From IMG/VR virus record IMGVR_UViG_3300030098_003452, positions 1 to 64,000 of that record: a stretch of DNA of 64,000 nt; one strand, 5' to 3'. This DNA is from an uncultured virus (IMG/VR IMGVR_UViG_3300030098_003452). Taxonomy: Duplodnaviria > Heunggongvirae > Uroviricota > Caudoviricetes > Crassvirales. Made by a program: the position numbers and the translations under genes. Below the pieces are notes generated by a model. That model did not search any database, was not told the origin of the DNA, and was given only the letters and a program-made list of their open reading frames with translations. Positions 20,012 to 31,024 of the stretch are shown here, one piece after another. Within the stretch, counting starts at the first letter, position 1, and each line of letters starts with the position of its first letter.

Positions 20012-20695
20012 ATGGTAAATATAGATACGGTATATCAAAGAGTCTTGGCTATAGCCAATAAAGAACAAAGAGGATACGTAACTCCTCAAGAGTTTAATCT
20101 ATTAGCAAACCAAGCGCAACTAACTATATTTGAAGAGTATTTTATGTTAATGGCACAAGCGCAAGCAGCCATTGGTAATGACACAGAATATTCTGATATA
20201 ATAAATACTTTAAATGAGAAAATTAGTATTTTTAAAAAATTAAGTTCTGATTTAACATATTCTAATGGATATTTTGCTTATCCAAGTGATATGTATAAAT
20301 TAGGAACTCTTTACTACAATCACAATGGCGTGTCTACTCATAACGGAGTAGAAGTTCAAGAAATAAATCACAATGAACTACAAGATTATTATCAATCACC
20401 TTTAACTACGCCAACAACATCCAGACCATTATATATTAAGACAAGTAGCGGTATAGAAGTTTTTTCATCAACAACTATAACAACTAATGTTAAAGCTAGT
20501 TATATTAAAAAACCTAGTAAAGCAGAGTGGGGTTATGTCGTAACAAATGGTCAGGCTTTATATAACGCTGGATCATCAGAGAATTTTGAACTACATGCTT
20601 CAGAAGAAAGTGTGTTAGTTATGAAGATATTAGAATTAGCAGGTATAGTAATTAACAAACCTGAATTAGTAACAGTTGGACAACAAAAACAGTAA
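20012..20695 (+). CDS. putative tail adaptor/ring protein
   Basis: Position, size, and SYIKKP motif typical of podovirus tail-tubular/ring proteins. Confidence 0.55.
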   Translation: MVNIDTVYQRVLAIANKEQRGYVTPQEFNLLANQAQLTIFEEYFMLMAQAQAAIGNDTEYSDIINTLNEKISIFKKLSSDLTYSNGYFAYPSDMYKLGTLYYNHNGVSTHNGVEVQEINHNELQDYYQSPLTTPTTSRPLYIKTSSGIEVFSSTTITTNVKASYIKKPSKAEWGYVVTNGQALYNAGSSENFELHASEESVLVMKILELAGIVINKPELVTVGQQKQ

Positions 20696-20699
20696 ATAA

Positions 20700-21587
20700 A
20701 TGGGATTATTAAACGATACGGCAAAAGATTATTATAGTGGAAGTGATTTTGGAGGTTATCAATTTGTATCTTTAGATAATATAATTAATAACTTTATGAT
20801 AGCTTATGTTGGTGAAGGTAAAATTATACCTAAAGTCAAAAGAGCAGATGTTTCTTTTCACGCACAACGAGCTATACAAGAATTGAGTTATGATACATTC
20901 AAATCTACTAAATCTCAAGAAATAGAATTACCACCATCTTTAACAATGATGTTACCACAAGATTATGTAAATTATGTAAAACTAACATGGTTAGATGGAG
21001 CTGGTGTAGAACATATAATGTATCCCGCTTCTAAAACATCAAATCCTTTTTCTATAAAACAAGCCTCTGATGGTAGTTATAGTTTTGATGCGGATGACGA
21101 TGGAACAGACGATACTACTTCTTTAATAGAAAATGATGAATCAACTACTTGGTCAAGATATAAATCTCATACCCCTGCTGAAACAAATGATGATTATGAA
21201 GATGACACTTTTTGGCCTAATATGGGACAAAGATATGGATTAGAGCCTTCTCACGCTCAGGCTAATGGTTCTTTTTATATAGATGAATTAAAAGGAAAAA
21301 TACATTTTAGTTCTAATATTTCAGGAAAAACTGTAACATTAAAATATATAAGCGACGGACTTGGTACAGATGAAGAAATGATAGTACACAAATTTGCTGA
21401 AGAGGCTATGTATAAATCTATAGCTTATGCAATACTATCTACTACTATTAACGGACAGGCTTTAGCGCCTACATATCAAAAACAAAAATCAGCCGCTATA
21501 AGAGTAGCGAAAATAAGATTATCTAATTTAAAAATTGAAGAACTTACTCAAATAATGAGAGGTAAGTCTAAATTTATAAAACACTAA
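20700..21587 (+). CDS. putative tail adaptor/ring protein
   Basis: LPQDYVNYVKL motif; position before the tail nozzle genes. Confidence 0.55.
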   Translation: MGLLNDTAKDYYSGSDFGGYQFVSLDNIINNFMIAYVGEGKIIPKVKRADVSFHAQRAIQELSYDTFKSTKSQEIELPPSLTMMLPQDYVNYVKLTWLDGAGVEHIMYPASKTSNPFSIKQASDGSYSFDADDDGTDDTTSLIENDESTTWSRYKSHTPAETNDDYEDDTFWPNMGQRYGLEPSHAQANGSFYIDELKGKIHFSSNISGKTVTLKYISDGLGTDEEMIVHKFAEEAMYKSIAYAILSTTINGQALAPTYQKQKSAAIRVAKIRLSNLKIEELTQIMRGKSKFIKH

Positions 21588-21590
21588 TAC

Positions 21591-23429
21591 ATGTCAGAAT
21601 TAAAACGTAGTTTCGGTTCTGCTAAAATGAACAAGGATTTAGACGAAAGACTTGTTCCAAATGGAGAATATAGAGACGCTTTAAATATACAAATTTCTAC
21701 TACAGATGATTCTGATGTTGGAAGCATGCAAACTATAAAGGGTAATACTTTACAACAGGATAATGTAACTTCTAACATTGGTAGTCAATCTAAAGTCATA
21801 GGTTCTATTGCTGATGAAAAAAATAATAAAATATATTACTTTGTAGCTGGATATCCTGAATTTATAGATTATATATTGGAATATGACACGGTTAGTGGTA
21901 GTATACTTCCTGTTGTTGTAGATGTGTATTCAGTAACTACAGAAGTATCGTCTAGTTCTTTTTATTCTGCAGGTAGTCCAAACTCAACCCTAAACATTAG
22001 TGATCAAGGAGGTCTTACAAGTAATTTAACAAATGTACGTCCTGGTATGCGTGTTATAGGTAACTTTGATGGGGTTAGTATAAGTTTTGCTAGCAATATA
22101 AGAGTTCAAAAACTAAAAAGAGGTATTCTTAATGATTGGGAGATTTTTTTAGATGATTATACAGATAATTTATCTTTGTTTACATTGGGATATAATTTTA
22201 ATCAAGGAGAAACTGTAGTGTTTAAAGCTGAAAGAAATTTAAACTTTAATCTAAATCAAAAATTAACTGGTATTAATATTATTGGAAATGAATTATTTTG
22301 GACTGATGGTAGAGGCGAGCCAAAAAGAATAAATATAATAGATTGCAAAGCTGGAACAGATACTTCTGGATTATACCATACAAGAATACCGATTAAACGT
22401 GATGACAATACTATTATTACATTTCAAGGTGTAGACAAAATAGACCGTAGAGTTCAACCAGCTTATCTATCTGAAGAATATATAACTACTATAAAAAAAT
22501 CACCATTATATCCACCAACTCTAATATTAAGTAATACGTCTGACGGTAGAATAAATAGTGATGGAACGCCCTCAACGTTAACATCTTCTGTTGATACTGC
22601 TTTTATCAATCATGATGATGAAAATTTATCTCCTGGTGATATAAAAAACATAACTTTTAATACAACTCCAGACTATTTACCTGGAGATACAATTATATTA
22701 AGAAGATTAGACGAGTTTACAGATGGTAACTTAAATGATTATGAGGTTGCTATAGAAATATTAGAGTATGATAACACAACTGGAGATGCTAAAATAAAAA
22801 TAATCTGGATAGAAGACAATCCATCTGGTGGTGCTATAAATGATTTAGTTGGAGGCGTGCCTCAACCAGCGTTGTTTTTCTCTATGTTAAAACAAGAAAA
22901 ACCTTTATATGAGTTTAAACTACCTAGATTTGCATATAGATATAAATTTAAAAACAATCAATATTCTTGTTATTCTCCATTTTCAGAACCTGCTTTTTTA
23001 CCAGGAGATTTTGATTATGTGCCAAAGGAAGGTTATAACCTAGGTATGGTAAACACATTACGAAGTTTATATGTCATGGATTTTGTACAAAATACAGATG
23101 CTATACTTAAAGACGTTATAGAGATAGATATACTTTATAAAGAATCTAATTCTAATAATATATATACTGTAAGAACCATAAAAGAAACAGATGATGAGTT
23201 TGCTGTTAACGGTTCTGCCTCTACAGTTTCTAATTTACCATTATGGATGGCTGCGTATGCTAGAACTAGAGGCGCTATTAGAATAACTACTGAAATGGTT
23301 AGAGCGGCTGTAGCATCTAATCAATTATTAAGACCATGGGATAATGTTCCTAGAAATGCAAAATCACAAGAAGTCGTAGGCAATAGAATTGTTTACGCTA
23401 ATTATTTACAAAACTATAATTTAACATAA
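21591..23429 (+). CDS. tail stabilisation/nozzle protein, N-terminal part
   Basis: KMNKDLDERLVPNGEYRDALN start, LFWTD..EPKRINI, GNRIVYANY. Confidence 0.65.
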   Translation: MSELKRSFGSAKMNKDLDERLVPNGEYRDALNIQISTTDDSDVGSMQTIKGNTLQQDNVTSNIGSQSKVIGSIADEKNNKIYYFVAGYPEFIDYILEYDTVSGSILPVVVDVYSVTTEVSSSSFYSAGSPNSTLNISDQGGLTSNLTNVRPGMRVIGNFDGVSISFASNIRVQKLKRGILNDWEIFLDDYTDNLSLFTLGYNFNQGETVVFKAERNLNFNLNQKLTGINIIGNELFWTDGRGEPKRINIIDCKAGTDTSGLYHTRIPIKRDDNTIITFQGVDKIDRRVQPAYLSEEYITTIKKSPLYPPTLILSNTSDGRINSDGTPSTLTSSVDTAFINHDDENLSPGDIKNITFNTTPDYLPGDTIILRRLDEFTDGNLNDYEVAIEILEYDNTTGDAKIKIIWIEDNPSGGAINDLVGGVPQPALFFSMLKQEKPLYEFKLPRFAYRYKFKNNQYSCYSPFSEPAFLPGDFDYVPKEGYNLGMVNTLRSLYVMDFVQNTDAILKDVIEIDILYKESNSNNIYTVRTIKETDDEFAVNGSASTVSNLPLWMAAYARTRGAIRITTEMVRAAVASNQLLRPWDNVPRNAKSQEVVGNRIVYANYLQNYNLT

Positions 23430-23431
23430 AT

Positions 23432-26400
23432 ATGGCGGCACCAACAACAGGATCATCTAGTATAGCTCCAGCGACTAAAGTAAAAATGTCAGCAAACGTA
23501 CAGTCAGAATTAAAAACTGGTATAGTAGGTGAAAAGTCTTTAAAATCTTTAAGAACTTATCAATTAGGTGTTGTTTATAAAGATGAATATGGAAGAGAAA
23601 CACCTGTGTTTACTTCTGAAAACTCTTCTTTTACAACAACTAAAGAGTTATGTGATAATAAAAACGCTGTGGTTGTATCATTAAAAAACACATTACCAAT
23701 ATGGGTTGATACGTTTAAGTTTTTTATTAAAGAAACCTCTAACGAATATTACAATGTTTGTATGGATCGTTGGTACGATGCTGAAGATGGTAATATTTGG
23801 TTATCTTTTCCGTCAGCAGAGAGAAATAAAATACAAGAAGATACGTTTTTAATATTAAAAAAGAAAGCTAGTAGTCAAGAGGCTGTTTATGAAGACACAA
23901 AATATAAGGTTATAGATATAAGCAATGAAGCGCCTGACTATATAAAAACTGATTATGAAAAATATGGAGAACAGGTTTTAACAATAACAGAGGCAATTCC
24001 TAATTCATCTTTAATTAAAATAGACTTTACAACGGGTAACGACTCTACTGATTGGGACAACTCTGTTTTTTATGACGAAACTTTAGTTAAAGACGATACA
24101 ACCAACGCTGCGACGCCTGGTGTTACAGAAACTGGTTTTATAGGTTGGCCGTTAGAAGACGTTGTAATTGATCTTTCTATAACAGGGGCTGCAACAGGAT
24201 GGTTAGATGTGGCTAATATATATAAATATGACGCTAATAATATATACATCGCGTTGTCAAAACCCTTATTGGGTTCTCAAGTAGATAACGTTCAGAGTGG
24301 TGGTATATTGTCCGTGTTACCAGCTGGAACGGGTGATGTTACTGTAAAAATGGCTAAAAAAGTTGTAAAAAACAAATCAGAATTTAATGGTAGATTTTTT
24401 GTAAAAATAAAAAGAGACGCTGTAATTGACGATCATATTAGGAGCATTGGAAATCCAGTTCCAAGTGTAAACGTTCAGCAATCTATTCAGCAGTATTATT
24501 TAAACACTTCTTCTGGAAATTCTCTTGAGGCGTTCTGGAAAGACGTAGGAGAAAATTGGTTTATTGATGAAGCAAGTAGAGGTCAAGTTGGTACAGGTAC
24601 CACTACTAATACTAAAGGTCCTTATCCTGAAGATGATGGTTATGGAATTATTGGAGATGGAGCGGGCGCTAGAACTGGTTCAGCTAAATCAAATCTTAGA
24701 TGTACAATGGAGTTGTCTTTAAATAAAATTAAAGATACTAATAAAATGGGTTATAATGTTGGAAACAACAAACAGGCTAATCAAGATTTTTTAGCTAAAA
24801 TGTCAAAACAAGGAACTAAGTTTAGATGGAAAGAAGATCCATATCAACATATATATAGGATATCTCATGTTGTTAGTTCTGCAGATGGAAATACTAATGG
24901 AGATGGGATATTAAATTATAGTTCTAAAAATAGTGAAAAGAAAGAACCTAAAAATAAACCTATTAGACTTTATATAAGTTTTAAAACAACCGGATGGAGA
25001 TTAACCGCTGATCAAAGTACCGCGGGTGCTACTTATCAATTTTTTCCTGAAGAAGAAGGTTTATATCCTTTTAACTATAAAAACGAATATACACCAAATA
25101 TAAACGCCACTTACGACGCTTGGGATCCTACTAAGTATGGTTACGGTGATTATAATGATGTTAGTAGTAGTTATTCAGCTAGTTATACAGCTAATCAACC
25201 AGGGACAGCTTTAGCATCTTTAGGACAAAACTCTTCTTTTACAAATTCTGAATTAGATGGGCTTATTTATAGTAACACAATAGAAATAATTGATTTTTTT
25301 ACTGGAGATGAAGAACCTGTTTTTACTGATAATCCAGCAGTTTGGGAAACAGAACCAAAAGAAGATAAAGGACTAGATATTTATTACGAAGCAAGCCAAG
25401 CATATCCTACGTTTTTAGACGAAACAACAAATGAACTATTTGCGCCGTACGGATGTACTGTTACATGTAAGGATACTATAGATAATAAAACTTTTTATAT
25501 TCCTGATAGTACTGTTTTAGCAATTTGGTCACCAACTGGACACGGTGGTAATACTATATTATTAAATGTTAAAACTGAAGAAGTTGGTATAATAGATAAT
25601 AGCACCGCGTTATCTGCAACTAATCCTGCTTTAGCAAATAACGCCGCTAATTTAACGTTTAACAATTTAAACTCAAATTATAAAGGTTTAGAATTAAGAT
25701 TTACTAGACCAAATGGAAGTTATACTACAGCTAAAGTAAATTATTATTCAGGATGGACAAACGTTAACAATCACATAGATGGAACTTCTCCAGCTTATGT
25801 AGGCAACAGTAGCGATTACGTATTGTTAAAATTAGATAGAAATATAACCCATAGCACTATAAAGTTACCTTATTTTAATTGTTATACGTTTGGAAATGGA
25901 GTAGAATCAGATAGAATAAGAGATGATTTTAATGCTGTTAGGCTTGATAAAGGTGTTAAAGTTTCTACAGTATTAGATGAACCTTATAAAGAAGAACAAA
26001 GAACTAATGGGTTAATATACTCTGGAATATTTAACTCTAACAGTGGCGTTAATAATCTCAATCAATTTATAGCAGCAGAAAAAATAACTAAAGATGTTAA
26101 TCCTAGTTATGGTAGTATACAAAAATTAAAAACAAGAGATACAAATTTAGTTGCTTTTTGTGAAGATAAAGTTTTAAAAATAATTGCAAATAAAGACGCG
26201 TTGTACAACGCTGATGGTAATCCTCAATTAACAGCTTCTAATGCCGTGTTAGGTGATGTTACGACTTTTGCGGGAGAGTTTGGTATATCAACAAACCCTG
26301 AATCTTTCGCTGAAGAATCTTTTAGAATGTATTTTACAGATAAACAAAGAGGAAAAGTATTAAGGCTGTCTCAAGATGGTATAACACCAATATCTTCAAT

Positions 26401-27601
26401 GGGAATGGACGAGTATTTTGCAGATAATTTAAAACTAAGCAATACACTAATTGGTAGTTTTGACGATAGAAAAGGTGAATATAATTTAAACATTGGATCA
26501 GCAGTATTATCTTTTAATGAAAAATCAAAAGGTTGGGTTAGTTTTAAATCGTTCTTTTTTGAAAATGGTGTAAGTATAAACAATGAATATTATACTTTTA
26601 AAGACGGTCAAATATGGAAACATCATTCTAACGAAACTAGAAATAATTTTTACGATACACAATATGATTCCCATGTTGATGTTTTATTTAACGACAATTC
26701 TTCTATAGTCAAAAGTTTTGGTTCTATGAGTTACGAAGGCACGCAATCTAGAATAGCAGAAAACTTAACAGATAATAGTTATCACAATAACGAACAAAAA
26801 ACTGGATGGTACGTAGAATCTGGAGAAACAGATTTACAAGAATCTGGACTTATGGAGTTTAAAGAAAAAGAAGGAAAGTGGTTTTCTCATATGAAAGGGG
26901 CTTCTATATCAGATATAAAAGATTTAAACAGTTCTGAATTTAACTTTCAAGGAATAGATATGTTACAATCCATTGGTGATGGTAGTGGAAATGGAGATGG
27001 AGAAGGTGAAGATGATGATCCTATCTTCTATCAATTTATAATAAAAGACTTAAATACAGGTTCTAATTATACTGTTTCCGAATATACTATAAACGGTTTG
27101 TCTGAAAATGATTTTATCTCGCCAACAGGAACTTTTAGCTCTCCTTTGTCTAATGGAAGTTGGTCTTCTCATGAAATAATTATATCTCCAAGCTCTGGAT
27201 ATACAGTAGAATCACGTGATTTTAATATATCAAACGGAAATCCAACCGTATCAAGCCCAGGAGGTTCTCCTGTTACGTCACCTCCATCCACATGGTCTTA
27301 TAGAGATGATACATTTACAGGATCAGGCGGTGGTGTATCTGTAGGTACTGGACCTTATATAAGTGAAGTTGTTTTTATGGATTCTGAAAATATAGCAAAT
27401 GATCCTAACTGGGTGGTAACAGAAACAAACACTATAATAGTGCAATGTATTGTATTAACTGACGCAAACGCGCCTGTTACAATGCCTAATAGTAATGTAG
27501 TTAATGAATTAGATATAAGAGGTGTCGCTAGAATATCTAATCCACCCCCACCACCTACATCATTTACTATAACAGTTGAAGACACTGGAGATCAAGATTA
27601 A
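23432..27601 (+). CDS. tail stabilisation/nozzle protein, C-terminal part (beta-propeller-like)
   Basis: RTYQLGVVYKDEYGR, GNGVESDRIRDDFN, FGISTNPESFA, YFTDKQRGKVLRLS, KEKEGKWF. Confidence 0.65.
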   Translation: MAAPTTGSSSIAPATKVKMSANVQSELKTGIVGEKSLKSLRTYQLGVVYKDEYGRETPVFTSENSSFTTTKELCDNKNAVVVSLKNTLPIWVDTFKFFIKETSNEYYNVCMDRWYDAEDGNIWLSFPSAERNKIQEDTFLILKKKASSQEAVYEDTKYKVIDISNEAPDYIKTDYEKYGEQVLTITEAIPNSSLIKIDFTTGNDSTDWDNSVFYDETLVKDDTTNAATPGVTETGFIGWPLEDVVIDLSITGAATGWLDVANIYKYDANNIYIALSKPLLGSQVDNVQSGGILSVLPAGTGDVTVKMAKKVVKNKSEFNGRFFVKIKRDAVIDDHIRSIGNPVPSVNVQQSIQQYYLNTSSGNSLEAFWKDVGENWFIDEASRGQVGTGTTTNTKGPYPEDDGYGIIGDGAGARTGSAKSNLRCTMELSLNKIKDTNKMGYNVGNNKQANQDFLAKMSKQGTKFRWKEDPYQHIYRISHVVSSADGNTNGDGILNYSSKNSEKKEPKNKPIRLYISFKTTGWRLTADQSTAGATYQFFPEEEGLYPFNYKNEYTPNINATYDAWDPTKYGYGDYNDVSSSYSASYTANQPGTALASLGQNSSFTNSELDGLIYSNTIEIIDFFTGDEEPVFTDNPAVWETEPKEDKGLDIYYEASQAYPTFLDETTNELFAPYGCTVTCKDTIDNKTFYIPDSTVLAIWSPTGHGGNTILLNVKTEEVGIIDNSTALSATNPALANNAANLTFNNLNSNYKGLELRFTRPNGSYTTAKVNYYSGWTNVNNHIDGTSPAYVGNSSDYVLLKLDRNITHSTIKLPYFNCYTFGNGVESDRIRDDFNAVRLDKGVKVSTVLDEPYKEEQRTNGLIYSGIFNSNSGVNNLNQFIAAEKITKDVNPSYGSIQKLKTRDTNLVAFCEDKVLKIIANKDALYNADGNPQLTASNAVLGDVTTFAGEFGISTNPESFAEESFRMYFTDKQRGKVLRLSQDGITPISSMGMDEYFADNLKLSNTLIGSFDDRKGEYNLNIGSAVLSFNEKSKGWVSFKSFFFENGVSINNEYYTFKDGQIWKHHSNETRNNFYDTQYDSHVDVLFNDNSSIVKSFGSMSYEGTQSRIAENLTDNSYHNNEQKTGWYVESGETDLQESGLMEFKEKEGKWFSHMKGASISDIKDLNSSEFNFQGIDMLQSIGDGSGNGDGEGEDDDPIFYQFIIKDLNTGSNYTVSEYTINGLSENDFISPTGTFSSPLSNGSWSSHEIIISPSSGYTVESRDFNISNGNPTVSSPGGSPVTSPPSTWSYRDDTFTGSGGGVSVGTGPYISEVVFMDSENIANDPNWVVTETNTIIVQCIVLTDANAPVTMPNSNVVNELDIRGVARISNPPPPPTSFTITVEDTGDQD

Positions 27602-27615
27602 TTTAAACAAAAACT

Positions 27616-28173
27616 ATGAATGATTCGTATTATATAAATAGCATAACAACAAATAGTATAAATGTAAACGGAGGAATATTAGACTCACCTAATGTTTTTC
27701 CACCGCAAAATATTTATAAACTAGTTGCTGCAGCAAATCCTGGTTATGATTTGTTAGCTAGAGAGTTTAAAATAGGATTAGCTAACAATCCAACCATGCA
27801 TCTATCAAAAACAGGAGAGGTAAATTCTCAAACACAATGGCCTTCTAGATTTGAATGGGTAATAACAGATTTAAATCAAGTAGCGTCAACTCCATCTGGA
27901 TTTGTAGAATCTAATGGTATTTATAAGGTAGTTATAGAAGACTCGCTAAATCCAACAAACGATCCTAATTGGACTTTAGTTGGTAACGACATTAATATAT
28001 GGATATATTTTGGTAAAAACGAAACAACACCAATAGAGAGCTTAACAAATTTAAATATACTTTTAGACATAGATAGACAACAAACTGATCCATTAACTGA
28101 AGCAGATACACTGAGCTTAACTATTCCAGGACAACCTGGTACTAATTTTAATATAAACACTGTAAATATTTAA
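27616..28173 (+). CDS. putative tail protein
   Basis: Shares the DSxNxxNDPNW motif with the C-terminus of the upstream protein. Confidence 0.55.
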   Translation: MNDSYYINSITTNSINVNGGILDSPNVFPPQNIYKLVAAANPGYDLLAREFKIGLANNPTMHLSKTGEVNSQTQWPSRFEWVITDLNQVASTPSGFVESNGIYKVVIEDSLNPTNDPNWTLVGNDINIWIYFGKNETTPIESLTNLNILLDIDRQQTDPLTEADTLSLTIPGQPGTNFNINTVNI

Positions 28174-28174
28174 C

Positions 28175-29443
28175 ATGGCAATTACCAAAACTATTAACAG
28201 GACTGGAGGCAAAAGAAATATAACGTTAAGCGGTAATCCTGGCGCTAAATTTGAACTTTATGTAAAACAAGGTAGTAATTACTATAGTTTTGATACTAAT
28301 AGTTTTCAAACAGTTGAAAAAATATTAAAGAACCAAACAATACCATCAAACGGAGTTTATGTGAAAGAAGTTATTTTACCAGAAGTTACATCAGATACAT
28401 CTTATGATTTTTATATAAACGCTTTACCTGGTACTAACTTAAATGTGAGTAAAACACATACTCAAAAGATAGGAACTATATTCCAAAAAGCTACAAAAAC
28501 AGCAACTTTTAACACGACATCTAGTTCTCTTACTATAGCGTCTGCTTTAACTGGAGGTACGTTGAGTGATGTTAATTCTTCTTTAATCCAAACTGGAGCT
28601 ATAACAAAAGGTGGAAGTCCTCTACTATATATACATTCAACACCATCTTGGAACGCTGATGACGGTGGGAATTGGACAAACGCTAACACTGTTACAACAG
28701 TAGTAAATTATTTTAATGGAGCTGTTGTACAATTAAAAGATGGAACAAATATATCATCTGGTTATGCTGTAACTGGAGATAATATTGTAGATGAAATAAC
28801 TGTATCGGCAATTAGTGGAAACAAAGTAACTTTATCTGCGGCCCAAAATCTAACAGATGGTCAAGAATTAACGTTTTCAAAAAGTGGTTGGGAAGTAGGT
28901 CCTATTACAGCTAAAATAACAAATAGTGGTACAAGTAGTATAACTATGAAAATGATAGCTGAAATTAAAAAAACAGGTATAGCAGATTTAACATCTGTTT
29001 GTAGCGTAGATAATTTTGTATCTGTAAAACCAAACGCATTTCCAGTTCCAAATATAGAGTGCCCTGAAGGGGGAGAGATTGCGATAGATGTTGTTACACA
29101 ATGCATAAACTATCTTGGCACAACCAAAGATATAGACGCTAATTTAAGTAGTAAAACATTTAAAGTGCATTCTGTGCCAGCAGAAGGAACCTCTAGAAGA
29201 CCAACTGGTAATCTTGATGATAATGGAGATATGATATATACAACGCTACCTTTCGCGGGTAGTTCAAGCGTTTCTGCTGGATCTAATATGGGTAGCGCTG
29301 GAGTTGGAGAAGTTACATATGCCGCTAATGCGCTACATGTTGCTGGTGATGAAGATTATTTTTATTACAAAACAGTTGATGCACAATCAACCCCAGTAAC
29401 AAGCGCTACGGACCAAGGAAAAATATCAATAACAATAGTATAA
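28175..29443 (+). CDS. putative tail fibre/structural protein
   Basis: T/S/G-rich beta composition, VTAISGNKVTLSAAQ-type repeat unit. Confidence 0.55.
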   Translation: MAITKTINRTGGKRNITLSGNPGAKFELYVKQGSNYYSFDTNSFQTVEKILKNQTIPSNGVYVKEVILPEVTSDTSYDFYINALPGTNLNVSKTHTQKIGTIFQKATKTATFNTTSSSLTIASALTGGTLSDVNSSLIQTGAITKGGSPLLYIHSTPSWNADDGGNWTNANTVTTVVNYFNGAVVQLKDGTNISSGYAVTGDNIVDEITVSAISGNKVTLSAAQNLTDGQELTFSKSGWEVGPITAKITNSGTSSITMKMIAEIKKTGIADLTSVCSVDNFVSVKPNAFPVPNIECPEGGEIAIDVVTQCINYLGTTKDIDANLSSKTFKVHSVPAEGTSRRPTGNLDDNGDMIYTTLPFAGSSSVSAGSNMGSAGVGEVTYAANALHVAGDEDYFYYKTVDAQSTPVTSATDQGKISITIV

Positions 29444-29444
29444 T

Positions 29445-29789
29445 ATGCCAACAACTATATTAACATTTAATAACGATATAAACGTCTCTGTTCAAATTGG
29501 AGATGTTATTTATTATTCACCTACAACAGTAACAGGTAATTTTGACACAACTACTAGTATGATAGAATTAGGTACTGTTACAGCTATATCTGGAAACAAT
29601 ATAACGGTTAATTATACAACAGGTACAACTTTACCATCTGCTGGTGACTTTATAATGTTTGTAAAAGATAGGTCTGTTAACATGTCAAGTTTGTTAGGTT
29701 ATTTTGCTAAATTTAGAATTAAAAATGATTCTACTGATAAATCTGAAATGTACTCTATATCTATAGACGCTTCTCAAAGTAGTAAATAA
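29445..29789 (+). CDS. putative tail protein
   Basis: 114-aa ORF ending the tail operon. Confidence 0.55.
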   Translation: MPTTILTFNNDINVSVQIGDVIYYSPTTVTGNFDTTTSMIELGTVTAISGNNITVNYTTGTTLPSAGDFIMFVKDRSVNMSSLLGYFAKFRIKNDSTDKSEMYSISIDASQSSK

Positions 29790-29837
29790 ACGGTAAAAAC
29801 TGTAACTATATTGTTATAGTAAATTAAATTTAATTCA

Positions 29838-30299
29838 ATGAAAAAAGATATAGTTCTTAAAAATAGAGAACAAATACAAAAAATACAAGACATTTTAGTT
29901 TCTCAAGCTGATGGAGTTAATATAGAAGGAGATGGGAAACATATAGTACATAGCAGTAATTTTCCTTTAAAACACACATTTGCAGACAGTATATATGTAA
30001 GACAAATGGATATGAAGGCTGGGTCTATGGTCGTTGGCGCTATACATAACCACTTGCATGTTTGGTTTTTATTAACTGGTAGATTAGCAGTTGTAACTGA
30101 AAAAACAATAGAGGAGTTTATAGCGCCTTGTTACGTTTTAGCAGAGCCTGGTAGTAAAAGAGTTATATACGCTATGGAAGAATCTATATTTGTAAACGTA
30201 CATAAAAATCCAAAAAATATAGAAGATATAAATAAACTAGAATCAGAAATAGTTTCTAAAACATTTGAAGAGTATGAACAATATATTAAAAATAATTAA
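29838..30299 (+). CDS. cupin-fold protein
   Basis: HTFADSIYVRQMDMKAGSMVVGAIHNHLH cupin-like His pattern. Confidence 0.6.
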   Translation: MKKDIVLKNREQIQKIQDILVSQADGVNIEGDGKHIVHSSNFPLKHTFADSIYVRQMDMKAGSMVVGAIHNHLHVWFLLTGRLAVVTEKTIEEFIAPCYVLAEPGSKRVIYAMEESIFVNVHKNPKNIEDINKLESEIVSKTFEEYEQYIKNN

Positions 30300-30302
30300 G
30301 TT

Positions 30303-31010
30303 ATGAGTTTTGTTATAGCAGGTGCATCAGTAGCAGCAGCTACAGGTATTACTAAACTAGTAATAGGCGCCAATCAAAAAAAGAAAGCAAAAGGTAGACA
30401 AGCTGCAGCCAAGTCTAAATTACAAACACAGATGAATGATTATATGGCTCAAGAAATTAAAAATCCTTATGAAAATCTAGAAAATACAATGGAGGATTTA
30501 ACTGTAAACACACAAGCTGCTGATTTTGCCGCTCAAAAATCTGAACAAGCTAGAGCTGATATAATGCAAGGTATGGGCGCTGCGGCTGGTAGTAGTGGTA
30601 TAGCAGCATTAGCCCAAACAATGGCTAATCAAGCGTCACAAGAAGCTCAAGCTGCTTCAGCTAGTATAGCTACTCAAGAAGCGGCTAATCAAAAAGCTGA
30701 AAGAGCAGAAGCTGGAAATATACAGGAGTTAGAAAGACAAGGTGCTGCACAAGTTGAGAATTTAAAAAGAGATAGAATGATGACTCAAATAGGTATGACA
30801 CAAGGCGAATTAGCTGCTGAAAATCAAAATATAGCAAACGCTCAAGAAGCTATGATGTCTGGAATTGGAGATATAGGTTCTGGATTAGGTAGTTTAGGTG
30901 GACATGCTTCTTCAATGTTAGAAGCCGGTAAAACATTTGGTGGAAAAAATAGATTGTTAGATGATCAAGGGAATTACACAACCGGGTTTTTTGGTAAAGA
31001 TTTAACTTAG
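30303..31010 (+). CDS. putative internal virion/ejection protein
   Basis: Ala/Gln/Gly-rich helical protein with hydrophobic N-terminus, typical of podovirus ejection proteins. Confidence 0.6.
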   Translation: MSFVIAGASVAAATGITKLVIGANQKKKAKGRQAAAKSKLQTQMNDYMAQEIKNPYENLENTMEDLTVNTQAADFAAQKSEQARADIMQGMGAAAGSSGIAALAQTMANQASQEAQAASASIATQEAANQKAERAEAGNIQELERQGAAQVENLKRDRMMTQIGMTQGELAAENQNIANAQEAMMSGIGDIGSGLGSLGGHASSMLEAGKTFGGKNRLLDDQGNYTTGFFGKDLT

Positions 31011-31024
31011 TAAACAAATAGAAT

